The position numbers and the translations under genes are program-made. Positions 43,252-55,555 of a stretch of DNA of 57,244 nucleotides are shown here, piece after piece. Origin of the DNA: Stramenopiles sp. TOSAG23-2 (lineage: Eukaryota); assembly GCA_900128395.1 (NCBI GenBank), contig LT649257.1, positions 1 through 57,244 of the forward strand, in the 5' to 3' direction. Numbering within the stretch: position 1 is the first letter of the stretch; every line of letters begins with the position of its first letter. The notes beneath the pieces are model-generated. The model searched no databases. It was given only the letters and a program-made list of their open reading frames with translations, and had not been told where the DNA came from.

Positions 43252-45414
43252 ATGACCAAAATACAATTATTTTATAGAATAATTACTTTAACCGTGGCAT
43301 TATCGTTATTATTTATCATACTTATTACAAATGCGCAGTCTCCACCACCTACTGTTGAACGTTTTTATAAACCTGGTGTAAATCGAAGATATACGTATTT
43401 GAATTATGGACAAACTGTAAATGAAATACAACGTTTAAATCGTGATTATCCAGCGCTGATTGAATTGAATAATGCACAAGATAATTATGGAGTTGCAAGC
43501 CCAGGTTCATGTGGAAACGCACCTTGTAAACAGTACTACATACGCGTGACTGAAGAGCGCACGTTGACACCGGAGAGGCCAGAAGTATTTTTCTCTGGTT
43601 GTTTACATGGCAATGAACGCGTTGGTCCTACAACGGTGGTAGAACTTGCGCGGCTATTGGTTGAAAATTATTACTTTGGCAATAACGAATGGTTGAAAAG
43701 AATGGTACAAACACGTAGTATTTACATTATGCCCAGTGCAAACGCCCTTGGATATTATAAAAATACACGAGAAGAAAATGGTATTGATCCAAATCGTGAT
43801 TTTCCGTATGATACCCCTGCTTCACGTTGCATGAAAACAACTGCAGCCCGGGCTGTTAATGAACTATGGCGCGAACATTTATTTCAATTAGCAATTACGT
43901 TTCATGGTGGCATGAGAGCCATTTCATATGAATGGGGCAGCAATAACCATGCTGGAAGTTCCAAGCATATATCACCAGACGATATTGGATTTGAAACTAT
44001 ATGTCAAGCAATGGGAAAATATGGTGGAAAAAATATCGGTTCAAACTCCCAATATTACCCAGTTGGAATTTTAGATGCTACAGTTTACCCAGTTGGTGGT
44101 GGAATGGAAGATTGGGCATATGCAGCATCATTTGATTCTACAAATTCGCATCCATGTGTCCCTGGAGATCAACCGTTTGGTTCATATCCAACTTCCAAGA
44201 CTCGATATGATTCCAATATGTTGCGCACGTTAAATGTATTAGTCGAAACCGCAGATGCAAAAACACCAAATTCAAATACTCTAGGTCATCTTCAAGGCTT
44301 GTTCGAATCTGGAACAAGCAATGATGGGCATATTGCTAGGAACATACGACTCTGTTTATTGATGACCGATGTTGTGCAGCCATATGTTTTATGGCACAAT
44401 ATGCATCAAATCGAAACGGATGAGCCATCCATTGGTTCAAATTTAACGTTTGGATGGGACGTTGGTGGTGGATTTAGCGTGACTAAAACTTATTTACGTG
44501 CGATTAAAATCGAAGATAATGCTTCTTGCCCACATGAATTGTCAACTAGGCAAAAATTTGCTATAATCTCACACCCTACAAAAGTATTCGATACAACATA
44601 TGATTTAGCATTTAGCTTAGGTGGAGCCCCGCAAGCACCGTATAAAACATTTTGGAGTGAAAGTGAAATGCCACGTTCCAATGTTATTCTTGGTTCTCTT
44701 GGCAGTCCATATAAACAAAGGTTTTCGTCCATTGTAAAACATGATATGTTACCGGTTGGCAATTATCTTTTTGCTGCAATAGCAATAGTCGATAGTGCAT
44801 GGGAACATAAACGGCCTACGTCTTCCCCAAACGTAGATCCTATATCCCATGTCGTGCGTGCTCGAACTAAAGAAAATTATATGGCGGAAAATGGTCAAAT
44901 CAAAATCGTCGGTGGTAAGGAATGGTTTTCAAGACCACGATGTTACAAAATTACCCCGAATAAGATGGTGCATCATAAAACAGAAAAGAAACCTGATGCC
45001 AATCCAACTCCTAATGCTAAAAAAAAAACTACAGAAGATAACAAGAAGCAAAAAGAGGATAATATCACACATATTTTAGGAAATATTACTGATGCTATTC
45101 ATCAATTGGAAGATGGAAGTTGGAGAAAGGAAAGTTTGGAGGTGATGAAGAAAGCCTTGGCTGATACGCTAGTTGCTATTGTTGTTATTCTAGTTCTAGC
45201 AACCATTTGTGCATGTACGTGTAGATGTATGTATTATAAATACTATTATGCAAAGCATACGGAGGAAGAAGTTGAGACATTGACGAGTAAACGTGGAGAA
45301 AGGGATATTGAATTGGTTGGTAACTTTAAGGATAATCCAATGAGTGATGGAAAACCAGCTGCTTGGGGTAATATTGATGATGATGGGATCCATAATGATA
45401 TGGAAATGATATGA
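43252..45414 (+). CDS. M14 zinc carboxypeptidase, type I membrane protein
   Basis: Signal sequence, HGNE zinc motif, DPNRDFPY, ITFHGG, YPVGGGMEDWAY and a C-terminal TM helix. Confidence 0.92.
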   Translation: MTKIQLFYRIITLTVALSLLFIILITNAQSPPPTVERFYKPGVNRRYTYLNYGQTVNEIQRLNRDYPALIELNNAQDNYGVASPGSCGNAPCKQYYIRVTEERTLTPERPEVFFSGCLHGNERVGPTTVVELARLLVENYYFGNNEWLKRMVQTRSIYIMPSANALGYYKNTREENGIDPNRDFPYDTPASRCMKTTAARAVNELWREHLFQLAITFHGGMRAISYEWGSNNHAGSSKHISPDDIGFETICQAMGKYGGKNIGSNSQYYPVGILDATVYPVGGGMEDWAYAASFDSTNSHPCVPGDQPFGSYPTSKTRYDSNMLRTLNVLVETADAKTPNSNTLGHLQGLFESGTSNDGHIARNIRLCLLMTDVVQPYVLWHNMHQIETDEPSIGSNLTFGWDVGGGFSVTKTYLRAIKIEDNASCPHELSTRQKFAIISHPTKVFDTTYDLAFSLGGAPQAPYKTFWSESEMPRSNVILGSLGSPYKQRFSSIVKHDMLPVGNYLFAAIAIVDSAWEHKRPTSSPNVDPISHVVRARTKENYMAENGQIKIVGGKEWFSRPRCYKITPNKMVHHKTEKKPDANPTPNAKKKTTEDNKKQKEDNITHILGNITDAIHQLEDGSWRKESLEVMKKALADTLVAIVVILVLATICACTCRCMYYKYYYAKHTEEEVETLTSKRGERDIELVGNFKDNPMSDGKPAAWGNIDDDGIHNDMEMI

Positions 45415-45609
45415 TACGTAATAAAGCCAGTTAGCCAGTTAGCTACTGTATTCTTTTGTTGGAGAGTAGGAAAATTATCATGCTGGCATGTGCGGGTAAA
45501 TTGAAAAAATAATTTTTTTTCGTACACACATATCTATATATTTTTAATACGAATTAATATACTGACATATACGTATTACGTTCGTAAATATTACGAAGCG
45601 TATAATATT

Positions 45610-48558
45610 TCACTTCCTTTGAAGCTCTTCATCTCCTTCCACCGTTTCCCCTTCATCATCTACTACATCTTCATCATCTACTACATCTTCATCATCTACT
45701 ACATCATCATCTTCTTTTTCTTTTTCTGCTGCTTTCATTTTATCTTCTTCTTGATCAAATCTAGCAAAAGATGCTCTTAAAAATTCTTTTTGGTTTTCTT
45801 GCATTTCAAATGGTCTATCTCCAATTGCAGCTATCACATCATCTTGATTAATTGTTTCCTTTTCTAATAATAATTCTGCCACTGCTATCAATGCTTCTTT
45901 TTTATCTTCCAATAAATCCCTTGTACGCTTATAAGCATTTTGTATGATTAATTTTGCTTCTTCATCAAACAGTTGCGCAGTTGCGTCACTGTAGGGTTTA
46001 TCAAATTGCATTTCCTCGCTTGGTGGAAAAGAAACATTACCAATACTCTCATTCATGCCATATATCCGTACCATACCATAGGCCATTTGCGTGACACGAT
46101 TTAAGTCATCTGATGCACCAGTAGTGACTTTGCCAAACATTAAATCTTCAGCCGCACGGCCACCCAATGCCATACACATCATATCTACAATTTGATCTTT
46201 TGTATGCAATGCAACTTCCTTTGGTAAATATTGCGCAAATCCTAATGCACCTGATCCACGTGGAACAATTGTCACTTTTAACAATGGGTCTGCATGTTCA
46301 AGGAACCACCCGGCAATTGCATGGCCAGCTTCATGGTATGCAACCGTTTTTTTCTCCTTTGGCGTCATTATAGAATTTGGTTTTTCAATACCACCAATAA
46401 CACGTTCAGATGCCTTTTCGAAATCTCGCATTTCAATAGAATCTTTCGCTTCACGGGCTGCAATAATTGCCGCTTCGTTTACAATATTGGCAATCTCTGC
46501 TCCTGCGAAGCCTGGCGTTAGTGCGGCTAAACGTTGTGCAAAGAATGTTCTTACTTCCGGTTCGCTTAATTCCTCTTCATCCATTGCCCGTTCTTTTGCA
46601 TCTTTGTATGACATACCATCTTCAATAAACCGTGCCAAGTGCACAGCTGTGCTATCTAATGTCATGTTTTGCAAATGCACTTCGAATATGTCTTTTCGTC
46701 CTTTAATATCCGGTTTGTCTACTGTTATTTGTCGATCAAAACGTCCAGGTCTCAATATCGCCTTGTCCAAAATATCAGCCCGATTTGTACCTGCTAAAAC
46801 AACAACGCCTTCAGTGGATGAAAAACCATCCATTTCAACAAGCAATTGATTTAAGGTATTCTCTCGCTCGTCGTTTGAGCCGGTAAATCCACCTTTCCCA
46901 CGTGCACGAGCAACAGCATCAATCTCATCAATAAATACAATGCAAGGTGTATTTTCACGTGCTTGCTTAAACAAATCACGAACTCGTGATGGTCCAACAC
47001 CTACAAACATTTCAATAAAATCACTGCCACTAATACTGAAGAAAGGTACGCTCGCTTCGCCAGCAGTTGCTTTTGCTAGCAATGTCTTCCCAGTTCCAGG
47101 GGGGCCAACTAGCAATGCACCTTTTGGTATTTTCGCACCGAGTTTTGTAAACCGAGAAGGATCTTGTAAGAATTGTACGAACTCCATAACTTCCCTTTTC
47201 GCTTCATCTACTCCGGCAACATCTTTAAACGTAACGTCCACCTTTCCATCTTTTGCGAATTTCTTTGCATTGCTCTGCCCAACTTTAAATATGTTGTTCA
47301 TACCACCACCACCACCACCACCCATGCCCATGCCACCACCACCCATGCCGCGCATCAATAATAACCAAAATCCAATAATTAATAATGTTGGGCTGAAACG
47401 CATAAATTCACTACCCCAATTTGTTTCGCTGACATATTGCACTGGAATAAAATCTTGCGTATCAATACCAAGCTCCCTTTGAAACACTTCCAATTTTCGT
47501 TCAAATGCTTCAACACTGCCAATGGTGAAATAAAAGTATCGATCTGGTGCACCACCACGCCTAGATTGAGAACCGTTGCTGCCATTGTAACCTCTTGACA
47601 TGCTATTCTTCTCACCTCGTTGGCTGTTGTAGTATCCTCCAGAGGAATCACTGCCACTATCGGTATTACTTCCACTGCCACTGGTTGCTGGATTATCACC
47701 CCAACGATTTCCACCAGGTTGTTGGCCTTGTTGCGATGAACCGCTAAATGAACCATGATTCAGCGTCGAATCTGGCCTTAAAACAACTTTCACAGTGGAT
47801 TTATTAACAATGATTAAACGTTCTACCTCACCTCTTGCTAATAGTTTTGATTTAAAAGTTTGAAAATTTATTTCTTCCCCATGATCGTCTTTTCCTTTGA
47901 AAAATGCCCACATCACGGCTAGCGAGAGCCCAGCGGTCATCAGACCTTGCATCTCACTGTTTGGACCAGGTGGACCAGGTGCCTCGCCTTTTCCGCTACC
48001 ACTGCTTCCTTTTGCACCGTCCTTTGCTTTGTTGCCCATAGAACGAAAACCTTCTGCCCAACTATTATTGCTACCTCCGGAGGATTTATCTGAAGCTGCA
48101 GCACCACCTTTACCTGCATCTTTTTTGCTATTGTCCTTCTTATTGCTATTCTTGCCACTAGCTTTGCTTTGCTTCTTAGCTTGATTTCCTTTTTTTGGTT
48201 TAAAATTGCCAAAACCGTCACTGCTACTAAATTTGCGTTTTTGTTGAATATTTTTACTATTACTACTACTATTATTGTTACTGTGATTTGCATTTCTTTT
48301 TATATTGTTACGTGATGTCGTGTGAATAGTTTGACGACGATTTCCTACTTGTTTTGACAAGTTGCGGGTCAAACGTAAATAGTTTTTTGCAGCACCATTT
48401 GACAATATGCCACCCGAGCGTAATTGCTGGACATTTGTCCGAGCTGCTGCTTTGACAAACGTTTGCAAGTTTCTATTTTTCGTTAATATACACTGTAATC
48501 TTTTAACATTTTCTTTTCGTAACATTTTATTCAACGCCAACCGTTGCCATGTTCTCAT
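45610..48558 (-). CDS. AFG3: Mitochondrial m-AAA protease subunit (AFG3/paraplegin, FtsH family)
   Basis: Presequence, two TMs, [43 protein letters not shown] and TTGASDDL. Confidence 0.95.
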   Translation of the reverse strand: MRTWQRLALNKMLRKENVKRLQCILTKNRNLQTFVKAAARTNVQQLRSGGILSNGAAKNYLRLTRNLSKQVGNRRQTIHTTSRNNIKRNANHSNNNSSSNSKNIQQKRKFSSSDGFGNFKPKKGNQAKKQSKASGKNSNKKDNSKKDAGKGGAAASDKSSGGSNNSWAEGFRSMGNKAKDGAKGSSGSGKGEAPGPPGPNSEMQGLMTAGLSLAVMWAFFKGKDDHGEEINFQTFKSKLLARGEVERLIIVNKSTVKVVLRPDSTLNHGSFSGSSQQGQQPGGNRWGDNPATSGSGSNTDSGSDSSGGYYNSQRGEKNSMSRGYNGSNGSQSRRGGAPDRYFYFTIGSVEAFERKLEVFQRELGIDTQDFIPVQYVSETNWGSEFMRFSPTLLIIGFWLLLMRGMGGGGMGMGGGGGGGMNNIFKVGQSNAKKFAKDGKVDVTFKDVAGVDEAKREVMEFVQFLQDPSRFTKLGAKIPKGALLVGPPGTGKTLLAKATAGEASVPFFSISGSDFIEMFVGVGPSRVRDLFKQARENTPCIVFIDEIDAVARARGKGGFTGSNDERENTLNQLLVEMDGFSSTEGVVVLAGTNRADILDKAILRPGRFDRQITVDKPDIKGRKDIFEVHLQNMTLDSTAVHLARFIEDGMSYKDAKERAMDEEELSEPEVRTFFAQRLAALTPGFAGAEIANIVNEAAIIAAREAKDSIEMRDFEKASERVIGGIEKPNSIMTPKEKKTVAYHEAGHAIAGWFLEHADPLLKVTIVPRGSGALGFAQYLPKEVALHTKDQIVDMMCMALGGRAAEDLMFGKVTTGASDDLNRVTQMAYGMVRIYGMNESIGNVSFPPSEEMQFDKPYSDATAQLFDEEAKLIIQNAYKRTRDLLEDKKEALIAVAELLLEKETINQDDVIAAIGDRPFEMQENQKEFLRASFARFDQEEDKMKAAEKEKEDDDVVDDEDVVDDEDVVDDEGETVEGDEELQRK

Positions 48559-49318
48559 ATTATTATTTTGTTTTTACACAATAATGAAATATGTAATATA
48601 TATATATATATATAGTTATAGTTATATTATATACAATATGATATAATTGAAAATTCTTACGGAGTCTTGTCAATATATAATATATCCATATATATATATG
48701 TGACTAGGTACATCTATGTCTCTACGTAAGTTTGTCTATAATTAAATCAATAGTAATATATATATAAGTATTCCTTTTTAAAAATGATTACTTGGTGGAA
48801 TTTTAAACCGTCTCACTATTGAATTTAAATTTGGAAATAATTTATTTTTTTTTTTGATTATTATTCATTTCATTCATAGAACAACAATATCCTATACTAT
48901 ATCCTTATACTATTCCTATGCTTATATGCTTTGATGGTGGCACGTTCTTGTTCTTGTGTTCTATCACAGTAGTTTCTAGTTCCCAAAAAATAATAGGAAC
49001 CAAATCAATATATGGAATACACAGTATCATACTTAATAAAAATGAAATATATGAAATATATAATACCAGTATAATAGGCCTATTTATCATATTTTCTAAA
49101 AAATAGCAATATACACCTGATGTGTTAATGATGTAGCACAAAATACCTGTAGTATATATATATTGAATATTGGGCCTTATTATTATTCTAATCATTAGCA
49201 GAAAAATAAAATATTAGTAATATCTCTCTGATTATCACATCAATCTTTTTGTTACATATAGATATTAAACATGTTCAACCTCCACACCCCTCTCTTTCAA
49301 TTGTTTTTTTTTTTTTAT

Positions 49319-50278
49319 TTACAGTTTACCTGAAACACTACGTTGTGATCTTAAAAAATTAAATAATTGCCTATCTTTTCTACCACTTGCAGTATTATTT
49401 TGCACCCAATTATTTTTATTATCTATTTCCATTTTTTTTAAATGTTGTTCTAATATTGAATCATACTTTGGCAATTTAATGGATCCTTCCGGTCGGTCTC
49501 CCATGATTGTAACTCGTTGTATTATTCGTTCTGTATTAAAATTTTGAAGAACACAATGTTGTGTACAGCTATTGTCCCAAAATGCAATCGTTTGCCCACC
49601 CGTTTGCCAGGAGTATCTAACTGTATATTTCGGTTTAATGACATGAGAACATAAATATTCCAACAATGTTTTGCTTTCATCAGCTTCCAATTCAACTATT
49701 CGACGAGTAAAATGTTCGTTGACGTATAATGCTTTACGTTTTGTTACAGGGTGAATTCTAACGACTGGGTGTATTGCCATTGAATCTTGTTTATCATGTG
49801 GATCCGCGTCGTGTAATGCTGTTAAGCCATCGCACATATCTTTCATAGGTAATGATAAATCGTCATATGCAGCAGATAAATTGGTAAATAAAGTATCCCC
49901 ACCAATTTCTGCTGCTTTTACCATTTTCATGATAGATAATTTTGCCGGATGTTGTAAAAACGTTAAATCTGTATGCCATTCATCAGCTACTCCACCAGCA
50001 CTTGCTTGCATTTCAAAAATTTCTTTATGTTGCTTTGCTTCTCCTAATAATTTTAAATTTGGATGTCCCTGTAAATGACCATCCATGCTTTGTGCAAAAT
50101 ATTTTCCTAGTTGCACATGCTGTTCAACAGTTAAATGTTGTTTTGGAAAAAATAAGACTTGATGTTTTAATAATAAATCTTGAATAATTTGCGTATCTTT
50201 TTTAGATTTTATTTTTGATGCTAAATCAAAGTTAGTACATTCTGCACCTAACGATGCCGATAATTGTTTGACATTCAT
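49319..50278 (-). CDS. TauD/TfdA-family Fe(II)/2-oxoglutarate dioxygenase
   Basis: LGAE, HQVLFF, WHTD, GGDTLF, HPVVRIHPVT, LYVNEHFT, FWDNSCTQH and IQRVT. Confidence 0.93.
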   Translation of the reverse strand: MNVKQLSASLGAECTNFDLASKIKSKKDTQIIQDLLLKHQVLFFPKQHLTVEQHVQLGKYFAQSMDGHLQGHPNLKLLGEAKQHKEIFEMQASAGGVADEWHTDLTFLQHPAKLSIMKMVKAAEIGGDTLFTNLSAAYDDLSLPMKDMCDGLTALHDADPHDKQDSMAIHPVVRIHPVTKRKALYVNEHFTRRIVELEADESKTLLEYLCSHVIKPKYTVRYSWQTGGQTIAFWDNSCTQHCVLQNFNTERIIQRVTIMGDRPEGSIKLPKYDSILEQHLKKMEIDNKNNWVQNNTASGRKDRQLFNFLRSQRSVSGKL

Positions 50279-50456
50279 TCTTATATTATGTTACATATAT
50301 ATATTTAAAGAGAGCGCGCGAGAGAGACAATTCTTGTTTCTTTTCTTTTTCTCTTTTCCGGGTACCATTACCATTTAAAAGAAACCCAAGAATAAGAAGG
50401 GTTTGACTGGATTACTAAAACTGTATGCGTGTTGTTGTTTATTAAACTTTTATTAA

Positions 50457-51124
50457 AGTGCGTCCCTTTCATTGTTATTAGTGTTAAATGGATCGAATTT
50501 TCGTCCATTTAAGTGCGTTTCCTTTGCTGTGTTCCTATTAGACCCTTTTGATAGACTCATTTATATACAACTTTAAGTACATTTAAGTGCGTTTCCTTTG
50601 CTGTGTTCCTATTAGACCCTTTTGATAGACTCATTTATATACAACTTTAAGTATAAATAAGTGTCATAAATATCGTAAATATGCCTCGTTAAGACCACCC
50701 CATGGCAAAAAACGACTATTCTGCCAAATTACGTCAAAATATCCGCGTATACGCACTATTACGGCAATATATTTTGGCATATTGTTATGTTATTTACGAT
50801 AAGTTTTAAACTATTTATAATATAATAATTTATATTTATTCTAACCCTAACTCTAAGACGGTAAAAATATTCTATGTCACTTTTTCCTTGTTACCCGGGT
50901 AACAAATGATGATGTGCACCTGCTAATATTCATGATTTTCGAGAGGGGTAAAAAAAAAAGTCTTAACGAGGCATATTTACGATATTTTTGTATCAAAAAT
51001 GTACTTGTTACAGTACAAAATACCACCATACAAACAGGCTTAGCATGAACACAGCAAAGGAAACGCACTTAAATGAGTGAAAATTCGATTCATTTAACAC
51101 TAATAACAATGAAAGGGACGCACT
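50457..51124. mobile_element. Non-autonomous TIR element (MITE), Kolobok-like, 668 bp
   Basis: TTAA on both sides (50453-50456, 51125-51128). ~78-bp TIR AGTGCGTCCCTTTCATTG..GCTGTGTTC (50457-50534 / 51047-51124) and inner 28-bp IR (50668-50695 / 50960-50987). AG..CT termini with a TTAA TSD fit Kolobok; no ORF. Confidence 0.85.
50506..50653. repeat. Exact 74-bp tandem duplication inside the MITE
   Basis: CATTTAAGTGCG...CTTTAAGTA at 50506-50579 and 50580-50653. Confidence 0.95.
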
Positions 51125-51211
51125 TTAAACTGTTGTGATGCAATCCTGGCAATACCAGCTGGACCAGGTTAAGGTAACTTCTTTCAGCACACATAGAAGC
51201 CGTTTTATTAT

Positions 51212-51267
51212 ATGAGTGAAAATTCGATTCATTTAACACTAATAACAATGAAAGGGACGCACTTTAA
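51212..51267. repeat. Extra copy of the MITE right end, including TTAA
   Basis: Identical to 51073-51128 (offset 139). Confidence 0.92.
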
Positions 51268-51355
51268 AGCTTTTTCTTCTCCTTTTGCGTGAGGTATTGG
51301 CTGCAAACCCTATCAATTATAGTACAGTCTTTTTTTGAGAATTAACCTTAAGTCT

Positions 51356-51643
51356 TGGAGATACGTATCAAATTTGATACGTATCTCCACCTGTCACTTA
51401 ACAGGTAATAGCATTGCACTCCCAAAATATATTATGTTTTGCCATTCGTAAATTATTAAAACTGGTCAATATACCACAAATAAATTGACAAAAGCGGATA
51501 TTTAAATCAGATACGTATCAAATTTGATACGTATCTCCACCTGTCACTTAACAGGTAATAGCATTGCACTCCCAAAATATATTATGTTTTGCCATTCGTA
51601 AATTATTAAAACTGGTCAATATACCACAAATAAATTGACAAAA
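51356..51643. repeat. 135-bp direct repeat (150-bp period), each copy headed by a palindrome
   Basis: 51359-51493 equals 51509-51643; TGGAGATACGTATCAAATTTGATACGTATCTCCA (51356-51389) is a perfect palindrome. Confidence 0.92.
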
Positions 51644-52201
51644 TCGGCATAAGCTGTGGTACTCCCTCAATTCGCACAAAACGTCATGATCGTCATGACA
51701 CCTCGTTTCTATTTTATAATACTGTGTAGTATATACACACTCCCTAGCTGTAATGCAATATCATTTGTATTGCTATTTTCAGCTAGCATAACAACTTCTT
51801 CTAAAAAGCTGCTGTGATGGTAGCTCATTTTTAATAGGTTCACATCAGCCAGACAGCACTAGGTTAGCCTGGTTAGAGCTATAGCTGGTTAGCATCGTCA
51901 TATAGTCATCTTCAACAAGGGCCATAATTTTTTTTCAATTTCGTAAGAAGCCAACCTGGCCAGCCAGCCAGCTGGCCACCTGCTAAGGCCTGCAAGACGT
52001 CTCGAAAGTGTAAAGAAGTGCTTGTTTTGTTTATTCTCCATACTTACACTATAATAACGTAATAACTGTCAGAGCCACTAAATATATACATAGATATAGA
52101 ATACTATATAGACTTCCTTCATATATCAAGTTGTATATATACAACACATTGTTGATCAAGTGAATATAACTGTAATTAGTTTTGGAAGGCAATAAAACAT
52201 A

Positions 52202-52468
52202 ATGGATCTCGCAACAGCTGGCGGTTTATGTCTCTTTTTTGCTTGTATGTGTTTCGTCAGTTGTTTCTTTGTTAACTTTAGTGACGATCAAGACGCAGGC
52301 GAACAAAAAGATGACGTAAAATATGAAAATGGCTCGGATAACTTTATCCCTTTTGCTATAAATGTGAAAATAGTTCCAGCATGTTTAATAATTGCGGAAG
52401 AAAAAAGCAGCGTACAACATAAGCACGTTATTATTAGTAATAATGAAACAAATATCTTAAACGTATAA
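52202..52468 (+). CDS. Short hypothetical protein with N-terminal hydrophobic helix (possibly the 5' part of a decayed gene)
   Basis: ATG in an AAT context downstream of a promoter-like motif cluster; 88 aa; no family recognised. Confidence 0.35.
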   Translation: MDLATAGGLCLFFACMCFVSCFFVNFSDDQDAGEQKDDVKYENGSDNFIPFAINVKIVPACLIIAEEKSSVQHKHVIISNNETNILNV

Positions 52469-53517
52469 AAATTAGATTGTATATACAAAATTCAAGGTAC
52501 AATTTATAATTCCACAGTTTTAAATTGCACTGAATATAACACGGAAAGTTTACGCAATGGTGGGGTATTATCTCCTCTTAATTTCTATTACAGCGACAAG
52601 TTTAAATACTCGCTGCGTACAGAAATAGAGGAATAAACTTTTAATGTGCACATTGTACATGTAAGAAGAAAAATATAGAAATTTTTGACGTTCTCAAACA
52701 AATGGAATAGATTGAACTTTCTATTGATACTCATCAAAAATGGTCAAAAATGCAATATGGGAACTAAAATGGTGAATATTGAATATCCATCAAACTATAT
52801 CATATTACATGGATGTGGTATTAAAAACATTTAGCATTAAAATATATAAGAGTAAACATAAGAAGAAGCGACATTAACAAGATTATATGAAGATGAAAGA
52901 GATTAGAAGAAATTGTCACCCTGTCTACATTTTTATACACACAAAAGTTTCGAATTCCTAGTTTAGTCTGCGTCGTGTATTTTTTTGAGAGTGACTCCCA
53001 AAATTTTAAAATAATAAAGTACCTTTTAAGTTTTAAGGATTTTACAACATAATGCACTAATGGGCAATTAAGATTTATAAAATTGTATACTTTAAGTACT
53101 AACAACTCTAATGTTCCTCTATGTATCAGCACCAATACCCAATATTTGTGAAGGCATTATATATGGACACAGCACTAGCTCTAGCTATAATTCTCAAAGT
53201 CTATTTCTTCTGGAGAAGAGGCTAACTGGCGGCTAATGGCTAGAGCTAACTGGCTAAATAAAGGCTGGAAACATTAACATCATCAGCACATCCATCATCA
53301 TCACATCATTTTTTTTTTTTTTGAATAATAAATATACATTATATCATAAAAATAAAAACTATTTCAACCAATATGACATAACTTTGTATGTAGAACAAAA
53401 CAAGGATATATATACAATTGCAACCAATATATATATACAAATAATTACATTATCATTTATCTCTCTTCTTGATTGGTCCACTAATAATAAGATTTAGTTG
53501 ACAGTATAATAATAACA

Positions 53518-55353
53518 ATGTCTTATTCAAACGGAGCGGAACATTTATTATCTTCCAATAATAATAGAAAACAACCAATACCATCACCATATCGTAAAGA
53601 AAGATCATCATTTGATTCAGATGATTCAGATGAGAATCGTCATGGTGATCGACGCTCGGTGCAAATTATTGGATATTTACCTGATTTAAAACCATTCATA
53701 CAGCCTACGGAGGAGGAACGTTTATTAAGTGAAAATGCACGCAGGGTCCATTTTAATGATGATATTATGGACAATACTAATACTGGTAATGATGATAGTT
53801 TATTATTTTCCCCTCCACAAACTCCATTTTTACGTATGTTTGATTCAAAAGAAGCGTTTTCATCATGGTTCCGTGAAGGTAGTGTGCGTGGATCTGTATT
53901 TAACCTGTGCAGTGCAACATTAGGTGCTGGTGCATTAGCATTACCATATGCATTTTCACGTGCTGGATGGTTACTTGGTTTTTTTATGTTAATAGTTGGT
54001 GCTATTGGTACGATTTTTTCCATACGAATGCTTGTAGTTGCACGTGATTTGACTGGTTATACCTCATATGAAGATTTGACTGTGAAATTATTTGGTAGAA
54101 AAATGGGATTATTGGTTGAAGTGAACATTATCGTTTTTTGTTTTGGTACTGGCGTTGCATATTTAATTGCAGTGGGAGATATCCTAGAACCAGTCTTTGA
54201 AAATACGGGACTTGGACCATGGATTGCTGGGATTAAACCTGGCACACCATGGGATGAGGAATCAAGACGACATGTACGTGTCTTGGCCATGTCAATCTTT
54301 TTTGCTGTATTGATGTTTCCATTATCATTATTGGAACGTATTAATTCATTAAGATTTACAAGTTTTTTTGGTGTGTTTAGCATATGTTACTTAGTATTTG
54401 CTACAGTATACCATTCAACAAATACAATGATACAAGAAGGTTTTGATGTAACATGGGGTGAAGCGAAATTAATTAATTTTAATATATTGGACTTTGCACA
54501 GGCTATGCCAATTATCATGTTTGCATTTACATGCCAAGTAAATGTTTTTTCAATTTATGATGAGTTAGAACGGCCATCTCCACGTCGAATGGGTAAAGTG
54601 ACAAATTGGGCTATTTTTGTATGTATTGCCGTATATGCATTAACTGGCATGTTTGGTTCTCTTTTGTATCACAAAGATACAAATCCAAATATTTTAAATA
54701 ATTTTTTAGCTGATCAAGCAAAACATCGTGCTGATAATAATAGCGATGAAGAAGGAGGTGGTCAAAATTTAATATTATTGTTATCATTTGTTGCAATGGC
54801 ATTAACAATTGTCATGGCATTTCCATTAGTAGTATTTCCATGTAGATATACATTAGATGTTATGCTATATCATGATGCAGAGCCGAGTTGGTGTAGACAT
54901 TTTGTTTTAACTGCTGTTATTTGTGGATGTACATTGTTGGTATCATTGTTTGTACCAAATATTAGTATCGTCTTCCAATTAATGGGTGGCACAACAAGTG
55001 CATTTGTATGTTTTGTATTACCTGCTGCATTTGCAATACATTTAGAAGGTCAACAACGATTGCAAGATGAACGAGGATTAAATACCAAGCAAACACCTTT
55101 ATATGGAAGTATGGCAGGTAATGATAATAATGTTGATATTGGTAATAATAGTAATAATAATAACAATGGAAATGATACGAATAATAATAATAATGGTTAC
55201 AAGCCAATTTTAACCAATAATAATAAAATCAATGTTAGACGTATATCACGTTGCGAAGTGTATGGTTCATGGATGCTTGCAACAATGGGAGTATTAGTTG
55301 GCCTTGTTTCTACCACGGTAACAATTTATAATTTAGTTACAAATAAAAATTGA
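53518..55353 (+). CDS. AAAP/SLC38-family amino acid transporter
   Basis: SVFNLCSATLGAGALALPYAF, SYEDL, INSLRFTS, FAFTCQVNV, GGTTSAFVCFVLP; about 11 TM segments. Confidence 0.95.
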   Translation: MSYSNGAEHLLSSNNNRKQPIPSPYRKERSSFDSDDSDENRHGDRRSVQIIGYLPDLKPFIQPTEEERLLSENARRVHFNDDIMDNTNTGNDDSLLFSPPQTPFLRMFDSKEAFSSWFREGSVRGSVFNLCSATLGAGALALPYAFSRAGWLLGFFMLIVGAIGTIFSIRMLVVARDLTGYTSYEDLTVKLFGRKMGLLVEVNIIVFCFGTGVAYLIAVGDILEPVFENTGLGPWIAGIKPGTPWDEESRRHVRVLAMSIFFAVLMFPLSLLERINSLRFTSFFGVFSICYLVFATVYHSTNTMIQEGFDVTWGEAKLINFNILDFAQAMPIIMFAFTCQVNVFSIYDELERPSPRRMGKVTNWAIFVCIAVYALTGMFGSLLYHKDTNPNILNNFLADQAKHRADNNSDEEGGGQNLILLLSFVAMALTIVMAFPLVVFPCRYTLDVMLYHDAEPSWCRHFVLTAVICGCTLLVSLFVPNISIVFQLMGGTTSAFVCFVLPAAFAIHLEGQQRLQDERGLNTKQTPLYGSMAGNDNNVDIGNNSNNNNNGNDTNNNNNGYKPILTNNNKINVRRISRCEVYGSWMLATMGVLVGLVSTTVTIYNLVTNKN

Positions 55354-55555
55354 TTTGTATGATGTGGAATATTTAGAGAGAGAAGTTGGAGAGCGAAACG
55401 TGAGAAAAGGTCTAGAAGAGAGAGCCTAAGATTTTAAAAAAATATACGAACGTGACGCGTCGTCGTAAAATATTTTTCTTTTTTATGCATATGATATCAT
55501 ACGTATTGTATTTTTTAACACACATCTCTCTTTTTTTTTTACAAAAAGAAGTTGT

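Noticed and set aside
46545-46660. ~30-aa insertion in the AFG3 AAA domain as a possible intron (GTATGT present)
   Set aside because: Open in frame, purine-rich, lacking a branch motif or pyrimidine tract; more likely a protein loop insertion.
50841-50856. Telomere-like CTAACCCTAACTCTAA (also AAACCCTAATCCC near 26960)
   Set aside because: Only about two imperfect units; too short for an interstitial telomere call.
52470-53140. Coding-like sequence after the 88-aa ORF
   Set aside because: Only short frames with no recognisable homology; a pseudogene call is unsupported without a search.
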